64,000 nucleotides of DNA from Eledone cirrhosa (GCA_964016885.1 OZ024756.1:13640001-13704000), one strand, 5' to 3'. Numbered from the stretch's first letter, positions 1 to 13,522 are shown. The notes: generated by a model from the sequence alone, not told the origin. Numbers and translations are program-made.

Positions 1-1492
1 ACACACCACCACCAACAACACACCACCACCAACAACACACCACCACCAACAACACACCACCACCAACAACACCACCACCACCAACAACACCACCACCACC
101 AACAACAACACCACCAACAACACCACCACCACCAACAACACCACCAACAACACCACCAACAACAACACCACCACCAACAACACCACCACCACCAACAACA
201 ACACCACCAACAACACCATCACCACCAACAACACCACCAACAACACCACCAACAACAACACCACCACCAACACCACCACCACCAACAACAACACCACCAA
301 CAACACCATCACCACCAACAACACCACCAACAACACCACCACCAACACACCACCACCAACACCATCACCACCAACAGCACCACCACCAACAACAACAACA
401 CCACCAACAGCACCAACACCACCACCACCAACAACACACCACCACCAACACCATCACCACCAACAGCACCACCACCACCAACAACACACCACCACCAACA
501 CCATCACCACCAACAGCACCACCACCAACAACAACAACACCACCAACAGCACCAACACCATCACCAACAACAACAACACCACCAACAACAACACACCACC
601 ACCAACACCATCACCACCAACAGCACCACCACCAACAACAACAACACCACCATCACCACCAACACCATCACCGCCAACAGCACCACCACCACCAACAACA
701 CACCACCACCAACACCATCACCACCAACAGCACCACCACCACCACCAACAACACACCACCACCAACAACACACCACCACCAACAACGCCACCAATAACAA
801 CACCACCACCAACAACAACACCACCACCAACAACAACACCACCACCACCAACAGCACCACCACCACCACCAACAACACACCACCACCAACACACCACCAC
901 CAACAACACCACCAACAACAACACCACCACCAACAACACCACCACCAACAGCACCATCACCACCAACAACACCACCACCACCAACACCATCACCACCAAC
1001 AGCACCAGCACCAACACCACCAACAACACACCACCACCAACACCATCACCACCAACAGCACCAACACCAACAGCACCACCACCACCAACAACAACACACC
1101 ACCACCAACACCACCACCAACAACACCACCAACAACACCACCAACAACAACACCACCACCAACAACACCACCAACAACACCACCAACAACACCACCAACA
1201 ACAGCACCATCACCACCAACAACACACCACCACCAACACCATCACCACCAACAGCACCACCACCAACAACAACACCACCAACAACACCATCACCACCAAC
1301 AACACCACCAACAACACACCACCACCAACAACACCACCACCAACACCACCACCAACAACAACAACACCACCATCACCACCAACAACACTACCAACAACAC
1401 ACCACCACCAACAACACCATCAACAACACCACGACCACCAACACCAACACCACCAACAGCACCCCCCCCCCCCCCCAACAACCCCACCACCA
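1..1492. repeat. Degenerate (CAC/CAA)n trinucleotide microsatellite
   Basis: Seen directly; source of the poly-V/W/G ORFs. Confidence 0.95.
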
Positions 1493-1597
1493 TTTGACAT
1501 ACATCCAATATTTAGTACACTCCAGAGAACACATGTTAACTTCGTACATTCCAGTGTTGGCATTTGGTCATAGACTATATTAAATATTGCACTGGTA

Positions 1598-2485
1598 CCA
1601 TAGTACTGTAGTGTCACAGTTAGTAGTACTGTGGTGTCACATAGTACTGTGGTGCCACATCTGGTGACATGTAGTACTGCAGTGTCATATCTGGTGACAT
1701 ATAGTACTGTGCTGTCACATCTGGTGTCACATAGTACTGTGGTGTCACATCTGGTGACATATAGTACTGTAGTGTCATATCTGGTGACATATAGTACTGT
1801 AGTGTCATATCTGATGACATTTAGTACTGTGCTGTCACATCTGATGACATATAGTACTGTAGTGTCACAGTTAGTAGTACTGTGCTGTCACATCTGATGA
1901 TATATAGTACTGTGCTGTCACATCTGATGACACATTGTACTGTAGTGTCATATCTGGTGACATATAGTACTGTGCTGTCACATCTGGTGACATATAGTAC
2001 TGTGCTGTCACATCTGGTGACATGTAGTACTGTGCTGTCACATCTGGTGACATATAGTACTGTGCTGTCACATCTGATGTCACATAGTACTGTGCTGTCA
2101 CATCTGATGTCACATAGTACTGTGGGGTCACATCTGGTGACATATAGTACTGTGCTGTCACATCTGGTGACATATAGTACTGTGCTGTCAAATCTGATGG
2201 CATGTAGTACTGTAGTGTCACAGTTAGTAGTACTGTGCTGTCACATCTGGTGACATATAGTACTGTGCTGTCACATCTGGTGGCATATAGTACTGTGCTG
2301 TCACATCTGGTGACATGTAGTACTGTGCTGTCACATCTGGTGACATGTAGTACTGTGCTGTCACATCTGGTGACACATAGTACTGTGGGGTCACATCTGG
2401 TGACATATAGTACTGTGCTGTCACATCTGGTGACATGTAGTACTGTGCTGTCACATCTGGTGACACATAGTACTGTGGGGTCACA
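1598..2485. repeat. 30-bp minisatellite (catatagtactgtgctgtcacatctggtga)n
   Basis: About 29 tandem units with length variants. Confidence 0.95.
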
Positions 2486-2571
2486 GGTAGTGGGAAGTGT
2501 TAGGGCCTGTACGAAAGTAATGTATACTTAGAAGGAAGTTTTAAGGGTTTGTAGAAAGTAATGTAAACCAG

Positions 2572-2710
2572 CCCAGTACTGCGGTCGATTCTTCCTCTAG
2601 AAAAATTCGGCTGTGTTCAGACCTGGAGAGGGTTGGGCTCCGCCAGGTTTAAAAGCGCCCTAGACACGCCGTAAGACGGTGCCACTACGACTCTACAAGG
2701 AGTTATGGGA
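2572..2710 (+). mobile_element. 3' segment of the long SINE subfamily
   Basis: Matches 35405-35590 and the reverse complement of 54437-54650 (cagacctggagag..gggctccgccaggtttaaa..ggagtta). Confidence 0.6.
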
Positions 2711-2884
2711 TCTTTGTCCTATCCCAATGTAAACCTAGAGGGAAGTGTTAGGAGTTTGTACGCAAGTAATGTATACTTAAATGGTTTGACTTTATTTGCA
2801 GTTGTATAAATTTAGGCATAACCGTCAGCATAATATTACAAATAGAAAGAGAAAAAGAGACAGAAAAGGGAAAGAGAAAAAAAT

Positions 2885-3891
2885 ACACAACACACAAGCA
2901 GGTAATACATACATCTAGGACCACATACAACACACAAGCAGGTAATACATACATCTAGGACCACATACAACACACAAGCAGGTAATACATACATCTAGGA
3001 CCACATACAACACACAATCAGGTAATACATACATCTAGGACCACATACAACACACAAGCAGGTTATACATACATCTAGGACCACATACAACACACAAGCA
3101 GGTAATATATACATCTAGGACCACATACAACACACAAGCAGGTAATATATACATCTAGGATCACATACAACACACAGGCAGGTAATACATACATCTAGGA
3201 CCACATACAACACACAAGCAGATAATACACACATCTAGGACCACATACAACACACAAGCAGGTTATACATACATCTAGGACCACATACAACACACAAGCA
3301 GGTAATACATATATTTAGGACCATATACAACACACCAGCAAGTAATACATACATCCAGGACCACATACAACACACAAGCAGGTAATACATACATCTAGGA
3401 CTACATACAACACAGAAGCAGGTAATACATACATCTAGGACCACATACAACTCAGAAGCAGGTAATACGTACATCTAGGACCACATACAACATAGAAGTA
3501 GGTAATACATACATCTAGGACCACATACAACACAGAAGCAGGTAATATATACATCTAGGACCACATACAACACACAAGCAGATAATACACACATCTAGGA
3601 CCACATACAACACACAAGCAGGTTATACATACATCTAGGACCACATACAACACACAAGCAGGTAATACATATATTTAGGACCATATACAACACACCAGCA
3701 GGTAATACATACATCCAGGACCACATACAACACACAAGCAGGTAATACATACATCTAGGACCACATACAACACACAAGCAGGTAATACATACATCTAGGA
3801 CCACATACAACACACAAGCAGGTAATACATACATATAGGACCACATACAACACACAAGCAGGTAATACATACATCTAGGACCAGATACAAC
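2885..3891. repeat. 40-bp minisatellite (ctaggaccacatacaacacacaagcaggtaatacatacat)n
   Basis: About 25 tandem copies. Confidence 0.95.
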
Positions 3892-4135
3892 AAAGGGAGG
3901 CGAAAGGGGTGGACAAACGAATCGCTACCAGAACATAAGATAACAATATCGCGAGGAGCACTGGGACACCACTCTAATAATTTTTGGTGCAAGCCAGCAC
4001 GATCGCAGCGTTACCTCGAGTGATGGCGAGGCTGATGCGCTGGAACAGCCAAGCGCCCTCACGCGCATCAGCAGTTACCTCGGTTAGGCGACCTGCCAGT
4101 GAAGATAAGAACCTCGTAGTTAACGGCCCGGGAAG
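3892..4135 (-). mobile_element. 3' end fragment of a CRE-like (restriction-like endonuclease) non-LTR retrotransposon
   Basis: Minus strand 4135-3974 reads LPGPLTTRFLSSLAGRLTEVTADAREGAWLFQRISLAITRGNAAIVLACTKNY*, matching the LFQRLS.A.QRGNAA C-terminal motif of CRE-type elements. Confidence 0.7.
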
Positions 4136-4267
4136 TGTGAATCAAGTAAGCACTTTCTAAATTGTTATCACAATAAACAAGATCCACTTTGCTCTTTAAC
4201 AGGCAACGGGTGCCATTTGTAAACGATCGGATTTCTTTGCTTTTCACACTACGCTAAATACCGAAAA

Positions 4268-4388
4268 CATCGTCGTCGTCATCATCATCATCATCATCAT
4301 CATCATTATCGTAATCATCATCATCATCGTCACGATCATCATCATCATCATTAGTGGTTGTTGTAGCAGCAGTAGTAGTAGTAGTAGC

Positions 4389-4438
<50 letters not shown>

Positions 4439-4627
4439 CAGCAGCAGTAGTAGTAGTAGTAGTAGTAGTAGCAGCAACAACAACAGTAGTAGTAGTAGTA
4501 GTAGTAGCAGCAACAACAACAGTAGTAGTAGTAGTAGTAGTAATAGTAGCAGCAGTAGTAGTAGTAGTAGTAGCAGCAGCAGCAGGAGTAGCAGCAGCAG
4601 CAGCAGTAGTAGTAACAGTAGTAGTAC
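4268..4627. repeat. Compound (CAT)n/(GTA)n/(GCA)n microsatellite
   Basis: Seen directly. Confidence 0.95.
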
Positions 4628-5493
4628 AGTCAATTGTGTTATTATCAGTGCCTATGTGGGTGGTTGAGGAGGAGAGTGTGAGCAGGTTTTCTTGAAGACT
4701 TTCAGGTCTGAGATTATGAACCATTTCCAAAAGTCCTTGGCATGACAGCAGAGCCACAGTGGAGCACAGCCAGTTCGAGAATAGATCATCTAATAGTTTG
4801 TTTGGGAAACACCAACAATCCGCTGGAAGGAAGCCTGAAACAGCCGTTCCTTCGTCAAGAAGAATGTAAGTGATCCATCTTATTTCTCTCCTTCTTTATC
4901 CAACATGGCCTAACTCTATATAGTTTAATCGTCTGAGATCTGGAGTCGCCGCAAGACACTCTACTCAACAAACAACCTTAAGTCACTAAATATAAAAGTG
5001 GTTGCCATCAGCAATTTAGACAACCAGTAATTCTAACTGTTAACACTATCATATATTTTGGTTTCTATTCCCTAGCGAATTCTTTGACAAAATACTTTAC
5101 TTATTTGTTTATTTATTTTAAAAAGATTTCTTTCTCACAGATTTAAAAAAAAAGATATTTTTTGAAAGCAAAGCATTGGCCCCTGAGATACTACGGTGGG
5201 TTCCTGCAATGCTATCGTGGGCCTCCTGGGACCCACTTGCCATTGGGCAACATGGCCAGTCCGTCACTGTGTGTATATGTATATATACATATATATGTAT
5301 ATATGTGTGTGTGTGTATGTGTGTATATATATCCAAAATTAAATTAAGGGTGTCATGTCTGAGAGACATAAAAGGTATCTATATTTGAAGTTCTAGTTAA
5401 ACTTTAATTAGTTACCTACCTAGCTGTATGTGCTTACACACATGATTGTTCCCTGTGATTGTTTCATATGTTTATTTTATATATATATATATA

Positions 5494-5533
<40 letters not shown>

Positions 5534-5546
5534 AATCAATTTCAGT

Positions 5547-5595
<49 letters not shown>

Positions 5596-5722
5596 AAAGT
5601 TCTATTTAAATTGTTGGGATACAACAAGTAAATATTTTTATAACTGATATAAAGCACTCAACAAATAATTGCAGTAAAAATACGATATTAACAAATGGAA
5701 ACTATATTTATAAAACCATATT

Positions 5723-5787
5723 TATTTCATTATACATATTTCAAGGACACCAAGTTAAATTATGGTGTGCTTTCATCAGATAAAATA
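5723..5787 (-). ncRNA. Minimal type I hammerhead ribozyme motif (mirror copy)
   Basis: Reverse complement of 5923-5987. Confidence 0.8.
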
Positions 5788-5922
5788 TAATATAGAGCAG
5801 TTTTATAAATAAATATTGACATGCCCTTAACTATCAACCATTACTATCCTGGAGCTTCCAACAGAAATGGTTGCATTCTTTAAGGGTATGTCAATATTTA
5901 TTTATAAAACTGCTCTATATTA

Positions 5923-5987
5923 TATTTTATCTGATGAAAGCACACCATAATTTAACTTGGTGTCCTTGAAATATGTATAATGAAATA
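5923..5987 (+). ncRNA. Minimal type I hammerhead ribozyme motif
   Basis: tattttat-CTGATGA-aagcacacca/tggtgtcctt-GAA-atatgtat-A-atgaaata; stems I and II pair and stem III is quasi-palindromic. Confidence 0.8.
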
Positions 5988-6026
5988 AATATGGTTTTAT
6001 AAATATAGTTTCCATTTGTTAATATC

Positions 6027-6093
<67 letters not shown>

Positions 6094-6261
6094 AATCAAT
6101 TTCTAGTTGATATATATATATATATTTCGTTTCTGAATTTGTTTAGCAAGATTCTTTATCTGAAAACGTGTGTTGAAACCGATATTGTTATACTTTGGGA
6201 GGGTCATGTTGCCAATAAGGCATGTGTGTTTCTTATTGGCAACATGACCCTCCCAAAGTAT

Positions 6262-6304
<43 letters not shown>

Positions 6305-6874
6305 AAATTACAGGTGAAGAGGTAGGCTGTGTGGTTACTGAAAACGAAGTGTTAGAAGGTAAACGGGATGTAAACAAGAGAAGAAAAGTATCCCTTCATC
6401 GGCTGTTTACTACAGATCAATATATATATATATATCAATCAATATATATATATATCAATTGTTGGCTTCTTGCTCTCAATAATTTCTATACTTTTCATTT
6501 ATATATACACACATATATGGCATACGTCAAGAGGGGCGGTCTCAAAAGTGAAACTAATTTTTGACAGTTACGTAAGTGTTTACTTTCGATTTGGATTGTG
6601 AATTTGTTTGTTTTTTTACAACGGGTCTCTATAGTGATATGGTGTTAATTAGCCCTTCTGACGCCAATCTGCCTTTCTGACCCCAAGCTGCCCCCCTGAC
6701 CCAAATCCCTTATCATTCTCTGTCCTTCTTATGACCCTACCTTAATTTCTTTGGGGACAGGGAGTTGGTGCCAACAAGTTTGGCGAGATGATCAACTGTA
6801 TTTCAGCTATTTATAGGGTGTAATAAGGATTTTCAATATTTATTTATTTCAACACACAATGTCATTATTTTAAT

Positions 6875-7056
6875 GGCAGTATCGGTAGAGGTTCGGACGC
6901 CATGCTTTGACGCATAGAGTTACGGCCCTTGCCATTCTGAGTGCAAATCCCGCCGAGGTTAACTTTGCCTTTCATCCTTACGGGGTCGATAAAATAAAGT
7001 ACCAGTAATGTACTGGGTAATTTTCTGGCCTTGTGCCAATAGTAGAAACAATTATT
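6875..7056 (+). mobile_element. tRNA-derived SINE (Octopus-type); representative of about 20 copies, e.g. 9655-9792(-), 22276-22455(-), 26893-27080, 27805-27990, 28116-28194(-), 40055-40623 (x3), 44694-45060(-, x2), 48390-48535, 58410-58588, 60545-60865 (x2)
   Basis: A-box tggcagtatcggtag, B-box gagttcaaatcc, conserved body gaggttaactttgcctttcatccttacggggtcgataaaataaagtaccagt, tail agaaacaatta. Confidence 0.9.
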
Positions 7057-7065
7057 TTAAAAAAA

Positions 7066-8370
7066 GCGGAGGTGGAGAACGCGTACATCGCGTCTGTCAT
7101 CTGCTACCACCTGACCGTCGTACCTTGTCCTAAGCCCCGCCTGACTGCGCTGGAGCGTTTGCTCTTTCGCTTTTTGTGGAAGAGACGCGCTCAGATGGTC
7201 AGGCGGTCCATCTGCTGTCAACACCCGCTACGTGGAGGGCTGGGAATGCCGTGGCTGATGATGCGAAGACACGCGCTCAGGCTACGACATCTCCACCTCT
7301 TCCTCGACGGTGATCAGGTGTGGTCGCCGTTTGCTAGACACGTATTTCCCCAGCTCGTTTCCTTGACGGAGCTGCAGTCCTGGGTCAAGCGAAGACCGAG
7401 AGGGAGCGCCTGGAGACTGGAATGTCTTCAGGCGCTCACAGCCCTCGACCAATCGGGCAATGTGATCGGTGGAAACTCCACCTCGGCATTCTATAGAGGA
7501 TTAGTGGAGGGGAAGAGCGACGACGTACTTGGGGAAACTCTAGGCGTCGACGAAAATCAACTAGCCAATCTCTTCGGAAGAACTTTCGGGCCGGGACCTA
7601 TGGACAACTTCCAGAAATCTCTGGCCTGGCAGTGCTACCGAGGAGCCTTGCCAGTTCGGGATAAACTCTACAGGCATGTAGGTGCCGTCAGCCGGGCATG
7701 TCCGAGATGCACGCAGGGCGACGAAACCGTCCAGCACGCACTCGTCCAGTGTCCGAAAATTGCTGACTTGTGGGTTTATGTCGAACACCTGCTGTCGCGT
7801 GTAGGACGGATCCGGCTATCATCTGAGTCCATCGTGAGGATTGCCCCGCCCTCTTCCTTTAGCTGGGAAGGGCAGGCAGTTTTTATCTGTCTGGTGGCCA
7901 TGGCGAAAGAGATAGTATGGTGGACACGTTTGAAAGGGCTGAAGACGAGCACTTACCTCTTCGGTGATGCCCTGATTAACTTTTTCAAATTTCATTTGAA
8001 AATGAAAATCAGGATAGAGAGTGAAGTGCTCTCTTCCCAGCATTTTGTTGAAAGATGGGTGAGAGAAGCAAGAATGGCCCGAGTGAATGGGCTTACTCTG
8101 AGTACGTATAAATTGAAGGTGGAAAACTGGGAGAGGGCACTTGCCTTGGTGGTCAGGGTCACTGTGGCCTTTTACTGGGCTTTCTCCACAAATGTCCCTC
8201 CGAAGTCCCCCCCCCCCTATTGGGGAATTTTTCATTGTTATTTTTTTGTTACATCCTCTGTTTTTGTTCTTTACACGCAGAAATGCCCATTTGTACCGTC
8301 CTGTATTGTCCTGCACTGTCCTTAATGTGTACTTTATGTAAACCCTTGTGGTTAATAAAGAAATCATTAT
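7066..8370 (+). mobile_element. 5'-truncated Tx1/L1-clade LINE (ORF2 C-terminal part plus 3' UTR)
   Basis: ORF 7033-8325 with GGLGMP and the CPRC..ET..HAL..CP zinc motif; same family as the 50206-53090 copy; AATAAA at about 8353. Confidence 0.85.
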
Positions 8371-9040
8371 TTAAAAAAAATAACACACAATTGTGTACAT
8401 GCATATATATATATATACATATACAAATTCATACAAATGCGTATGTGTGCATAAATATATATATACATACATATATATATATATATATACAGACACATAT
8501 ATATACACACAAACACACATATATATACACACAAACACATATATACACACAAACATATATATACGTCTAAACCCATGCTTGCGTGGAAGATAGACGTTAA
8601 ACGATGATGATGACACAAACACATATATATATATACAAACACACACATATATATATACATACACACACACATATATATACACACATATACACACCCACAC
8701 ATATATATATATTAAGAAACCCATACAATTGCGTGTGTCTGCATTAAACTTTCACTATTGAGACCTGTTGTAAAAAAAACAAGCAAATTCACAATCGTAA
8801 CTGTCAAAAATTAGTTTCACTTTTGAGACCGCTCGTCTTGACGTATGCCCACATATATATATTGGCTGTGCTGTTCCATATATATGCCGCCGATATATAT
8901 TGGTGATGATGACAGTGTATATCATACGTCAGGTCACTCGTATTTGGCCGCCAACTGCACCGATGTTCCCATAACATATTACGTATACATACATGTATGC
9001 ATGTATATATACACACACAAACATGCATATATGTACACAT

Positions 9041-9103
<63 letters not shown>

Positions 9104-9116
9104 TGTATATATATGT

Positions 9117-9169
<53 letters not shown>

Positions 9170-9283
9170 TAAGAGGAATTCCAACTTTGTTTGATTTACT
9201 CGTTTTATTTACAATCCTTTAAAATATATATAATGGTATTATAATGAAATAGTATGGTAGAATATTAAATTCTAAGTGTTAAT

Positions 9284-9322
9284 TGAACAAGTACTTTCAT
9301 GCTTTCGCAATCTTCAGGTTCA
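9284..9322 (-). ncRNA. Minimal type I hammerhead ribozyme motif
   Basis: Minus strand tgaac-CTGAAGA-ttgc gaaa gcat-GAA-agtact-T-gttca; palindromic stem III AGTACT. Confidence 0.8.
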
Positions 9323-9800
9323 TAATATGTGGTGACAGTCGAGTTTGCAATTTTCAACTGTAATGAGATGAGTAAATTTCCTACCTTTTATACATTTTAT
9401 ACAGAGAAAAGTGGCTGATTGGTTTAAGCGTCACGGCTGGTTGAGCATGCTAACGACCAATAGTCATATCCAACGTATCAATTGTTTTGCTTTTTTGAAA
9501 TGATGAAAATAGCATATATATATATATAAATAAGCATATATATATATATATATATATATATGCATATATATATATATATATATATGCATATATATATATA
9601 TATGCATATATATATATATGCATATACATATATATATATATGCATATATGTGTATTACTGGTACTTTATTTTATCGACCCCGTGAGGATGAAAGGCAAAG
9701 TTAACCTCGGCGGGATTTGAACTCAGAATGGCAAGGGCCGTAACTCTATGCGTCAAAGCATGGCGTCCGACCCTCTACCGATACTGCCAATTCACTAAAC

Positions 9801-9849
9801 CTATATATATAATGGTATTATATATATATAATGCCTATATATATATATG

Positions 9850-9934
<85 letters not shown>

Positions 9935-10013
9935 GCATATATATATATATATATATGCATATATATATATATATGCATATATATATATATAATGCATATA
10001 TATATATATGCCT

Positions 10014-10078
<65 letters not shown>

Positions 10079-10161
10079 ATTATATATATATAATATATAT
10101 ATATAATATATATATATTATATATATATATATATATTATATATATATATATATATAATATA

Positions 10162-10202
<41 letters not shown>

Positions 10203-10336
10203 GCATATGTATATGCCTATATATATATATAATGCATATATATATATGCCTATATATATATATATATATGCCTATATATATATATATATATATATGCCTA
10301 TATATATATATATGCCTATATATATATATATATATG

Positions 10337-10376
<40 letters not shown>

Positions 10377-10978
10377 TATATATATATATATATATATATG
10401 CCTATATATATATATATATATGCATATATATATGCATATATATATGCATATATATGCATATATATATGCATATATATGCCTATATATATATATGCATATA
10501 TATGCCTATATATATATATATATATGCATATATATGCCTATATATATATATATATATGCCTATATATATATATATATATATATGCCTATATATATATATA
10601 TATATATATATGCCTATATATATATGCCTATATATATATATATATATATGCGCCTATATATATATGCATATATATATATATATATATATATATGCCTATA
10701 TATATATGCATATATATATATATATGCATATATATATATATGCATATATATATATATATATATGCATATATATATATATGCATATATATATATATATATA
10801 TGCATATATATATATATGCATATATATATGTATATATATGCATATATATATATGCATATATATATGTATATATATGCATATATATATGTATATATATGCA
10901 TATATATATGTATATATATGCATATATATATGTATATATATGCATATATATATATGCATATATATATATATATATATA

Positions 10979-11030
<52 letters not shown>

Positions 11031-11080
11031 TGTATATATATGCATATATATATATATGCATATATATATATATATATATA

Positions 11081-11121
<41 letters not shown>

Positions 11122-11124
11122 GCA

Positions 11125-11159
<35 letters not shown>

Positions 11160-11260
11160 GCATATATATATATATATATATGCATATATATATATGCATA
11201 TATATATATATATATATATGCATATATATATATATATATATATATATGCATATATATATA

Positions 11261-11298
<38 letters not shown>

Positions 11299-11308
11299 TA
11301 TATATATA

Positions 11309-11376
<68 letters not shown>

Positions 11377-11588
11377 TATATATATTTATGCATATATATA
11401 TATGCATATATATGCATATATATATATATATGCATATATATATATATATATATATGCATATATATATATATATATATATGCATATATATATATATATATG
11501 CATATATATATATATATATATATGCATATATATATATATATATGCATATATATATGCATATATATGCATATATATATGCATATATATA

Positions 11589-11650
<62 letters not shown>
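9801..11650. repeat. About 1.85-kb (TA)n microsatellite with GC/GCC/GT interruptions
   Basis: Seen directly; source of the poly-IY ORFs. Confidence 0.97.
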
Positions 11651-11659
<9 letters not shown>

Positions 11660-12789
11660 TAGATAGATATACACGGGTGTGTATGATTGTGTATAGAAGA
11701 TTATATTAATAAGAGGAATTCCAACTTTGTCTGATTTACTCGTTTTATTTACAATCCTTTAAAATTTATAATGGTATTATAATGAAATAGTATGATAGAA
11801 TATTAAATTCTAAGTGTTAATTGAACAAGTACTTTCATGCTTTCGCAATCTTCAGGATACTATTTATAGTTATGTATATTTTATACCCTAAACATTGAAG
11901 GTCAGTAATTTATTACTACCTCATTACCAGTAAGATAAATAGCTCAATGTAATAACATCAGTTGTTCTACAGAGCAGTTATATAGAATTCACAAGAATCA
12001 AAGCTATGTTCAAAGCATTTATTCACTTACAATTGTTTCATCCAAACCTAGGCTTGAGGTCTTCGGAGCATTTTTCAATGTTTGTACACATAATTGACCT
12101 CCTTTCCAACGCAAGAGACATACAGATACATATATATATATATTGACGTACAGTGGAGTGACATATATTATACTATATTATTTCTGTATAGCAATTCAAA
12201 ATCAAAATTAAAATTAAAACAAAATTAAAATACATTCGGCAGTTAACACAGATAATGCAAGAGGATAGTTTGTTAGTCAGATGTAGTAGTTAGTGTATGC
12301 GTTAGTTACACGTGGGGCATGCAAGTGTGTCTCATTATTGTGTGGCAGGGTGTTACATGTAATACAAGCACTTTAAGCGGGTAAGTAAGAGTATTATGGT
12401 GGTTGTAGTGGTAAGGTATTTTTTGTATACAATAAAAAAAAGTATGTGTGCAGAAAAATAAAAATAAAAAGGAGAAGCAAAAGAAAGTTATGATTTTCGT
12501 ATCCACCACCATTTTCACATTCAGGAAAAGTAATATATAGTTTTTACATCAATCACATAAGTAATGATGATTCCGTATTGGTTATTGGTACTCACCCTAC
12601 ATTCATAGACTAAGCTACTGTTAAGGCATTTGCCTTCCAGGAGGAAGTTACCCGGGTTTCTACAATTACAATTCGGAGAGGTGTCTGGATTACCGGATCG
12701 TGCTGCATGATACCGTTATACTTTGATAGGGTCGTGTTGACAATAAAAACACACGCACCTATTGGTTGGTTCGATACCCAGAAGGTTAT

Positions 12790-13522
12790 TTATATATCGT
12801 GAAAGCTCTTTCCTCACACATTCTGTGACCTCCTCGGTGACTAGGTTTTTATTTTGTGTCTCTCTGTTGTTCTGTCCTACACCATCTCGTTTTTGTATGT
12901 TGTGTGTTTAGTTTGCGCATGCGTTACATCCGTGTGAGTGTGTGTGTGTTTATTTATTCATGTATTTATTTACTTGTCACTAGTTGGTTGTTTGTTCTAT
13001 CTGTGTGTGTTTGATTTGTTTTGTTTGTTTGTTTTTTGTGTGTGTCTGTATGTCTTCATTTTGTCCTTAATTACTAGTTGTGATGTTGTTGCTATTCCAC
13101 TCATGTTTTCTGTTTAATTTTGGTTGGAGTTCGTTTATATTTGTTGCCTCTGTGATTTATCTGAGCATTGCATCTTTTTTGTGTGTGTATATAATTTTTA
13201 TCTCTATGCTCTCTAATGTACCCCTATGTTCTATTTTGGCATGTTGGTGGAGTACTGATGAGTTCTTGCCATCCAGAAGTTCTTGCCAGTGTTTACTTAT
13301 TCTTTCTCCTATGCTAGGGCCTGTCTCACCTATGTATGTTACATTCTTATTCCTACACTGCCCTTCAGTACATCTTATGCTATATACTACATTCCTAGTT
13401 TTGCAGTTAATTTGTGGGCTTAGCTTGCAGACTATGCATTTCCTATCAGCATATGGGGATCTTTGAAATGGGTATGTTTTACTAATTAAGGTTTTATGGG
13501 AATACCTGGTCTTTCAACTATC

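Larger units (their letters stand above)
5680..6030. mobile_element. Fold-back element, about 150-bp inverted arms each carrying a hammerhead ribozyme (PLE-derived)
   Basis: Arms 5680-5830 and 5880-6030 are reverse complements with one visible mismatch; right end abuts (TA)n. Confidence 0.85.

Noticed and set aside
1-1508. Poly-V/W/G ORFs, also poly-L/T at 4244-4757 and poly-H/T at 20153-20579 and 37161-37779
   Set aside because: Simple-repeat translations
1805-1935. CTGATGA plus AGTACT in the 30-bp repeat as tandem hammerheads
   Set aside because: No stem II and no GAAA core; most units read CTGGTGA
4820-4856. Hammerhead-like motif gaa-acagccgt, also partial motifs at about 22100 and 22530
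   Set aside because: Catalytic core or stem I too degenerate to call
6875-6955. A- and B-box sequences as tRNA genes
   Set aside because: No cloverleaf or acceptor stem, and they continue into the shared SINE body in many copies
9728-11709. Long ORFs up to 620 aa (poly-IY/MH)
   Set aside because: Translation of a (TA)n microsatellite that happens to lack stops; no coding signal
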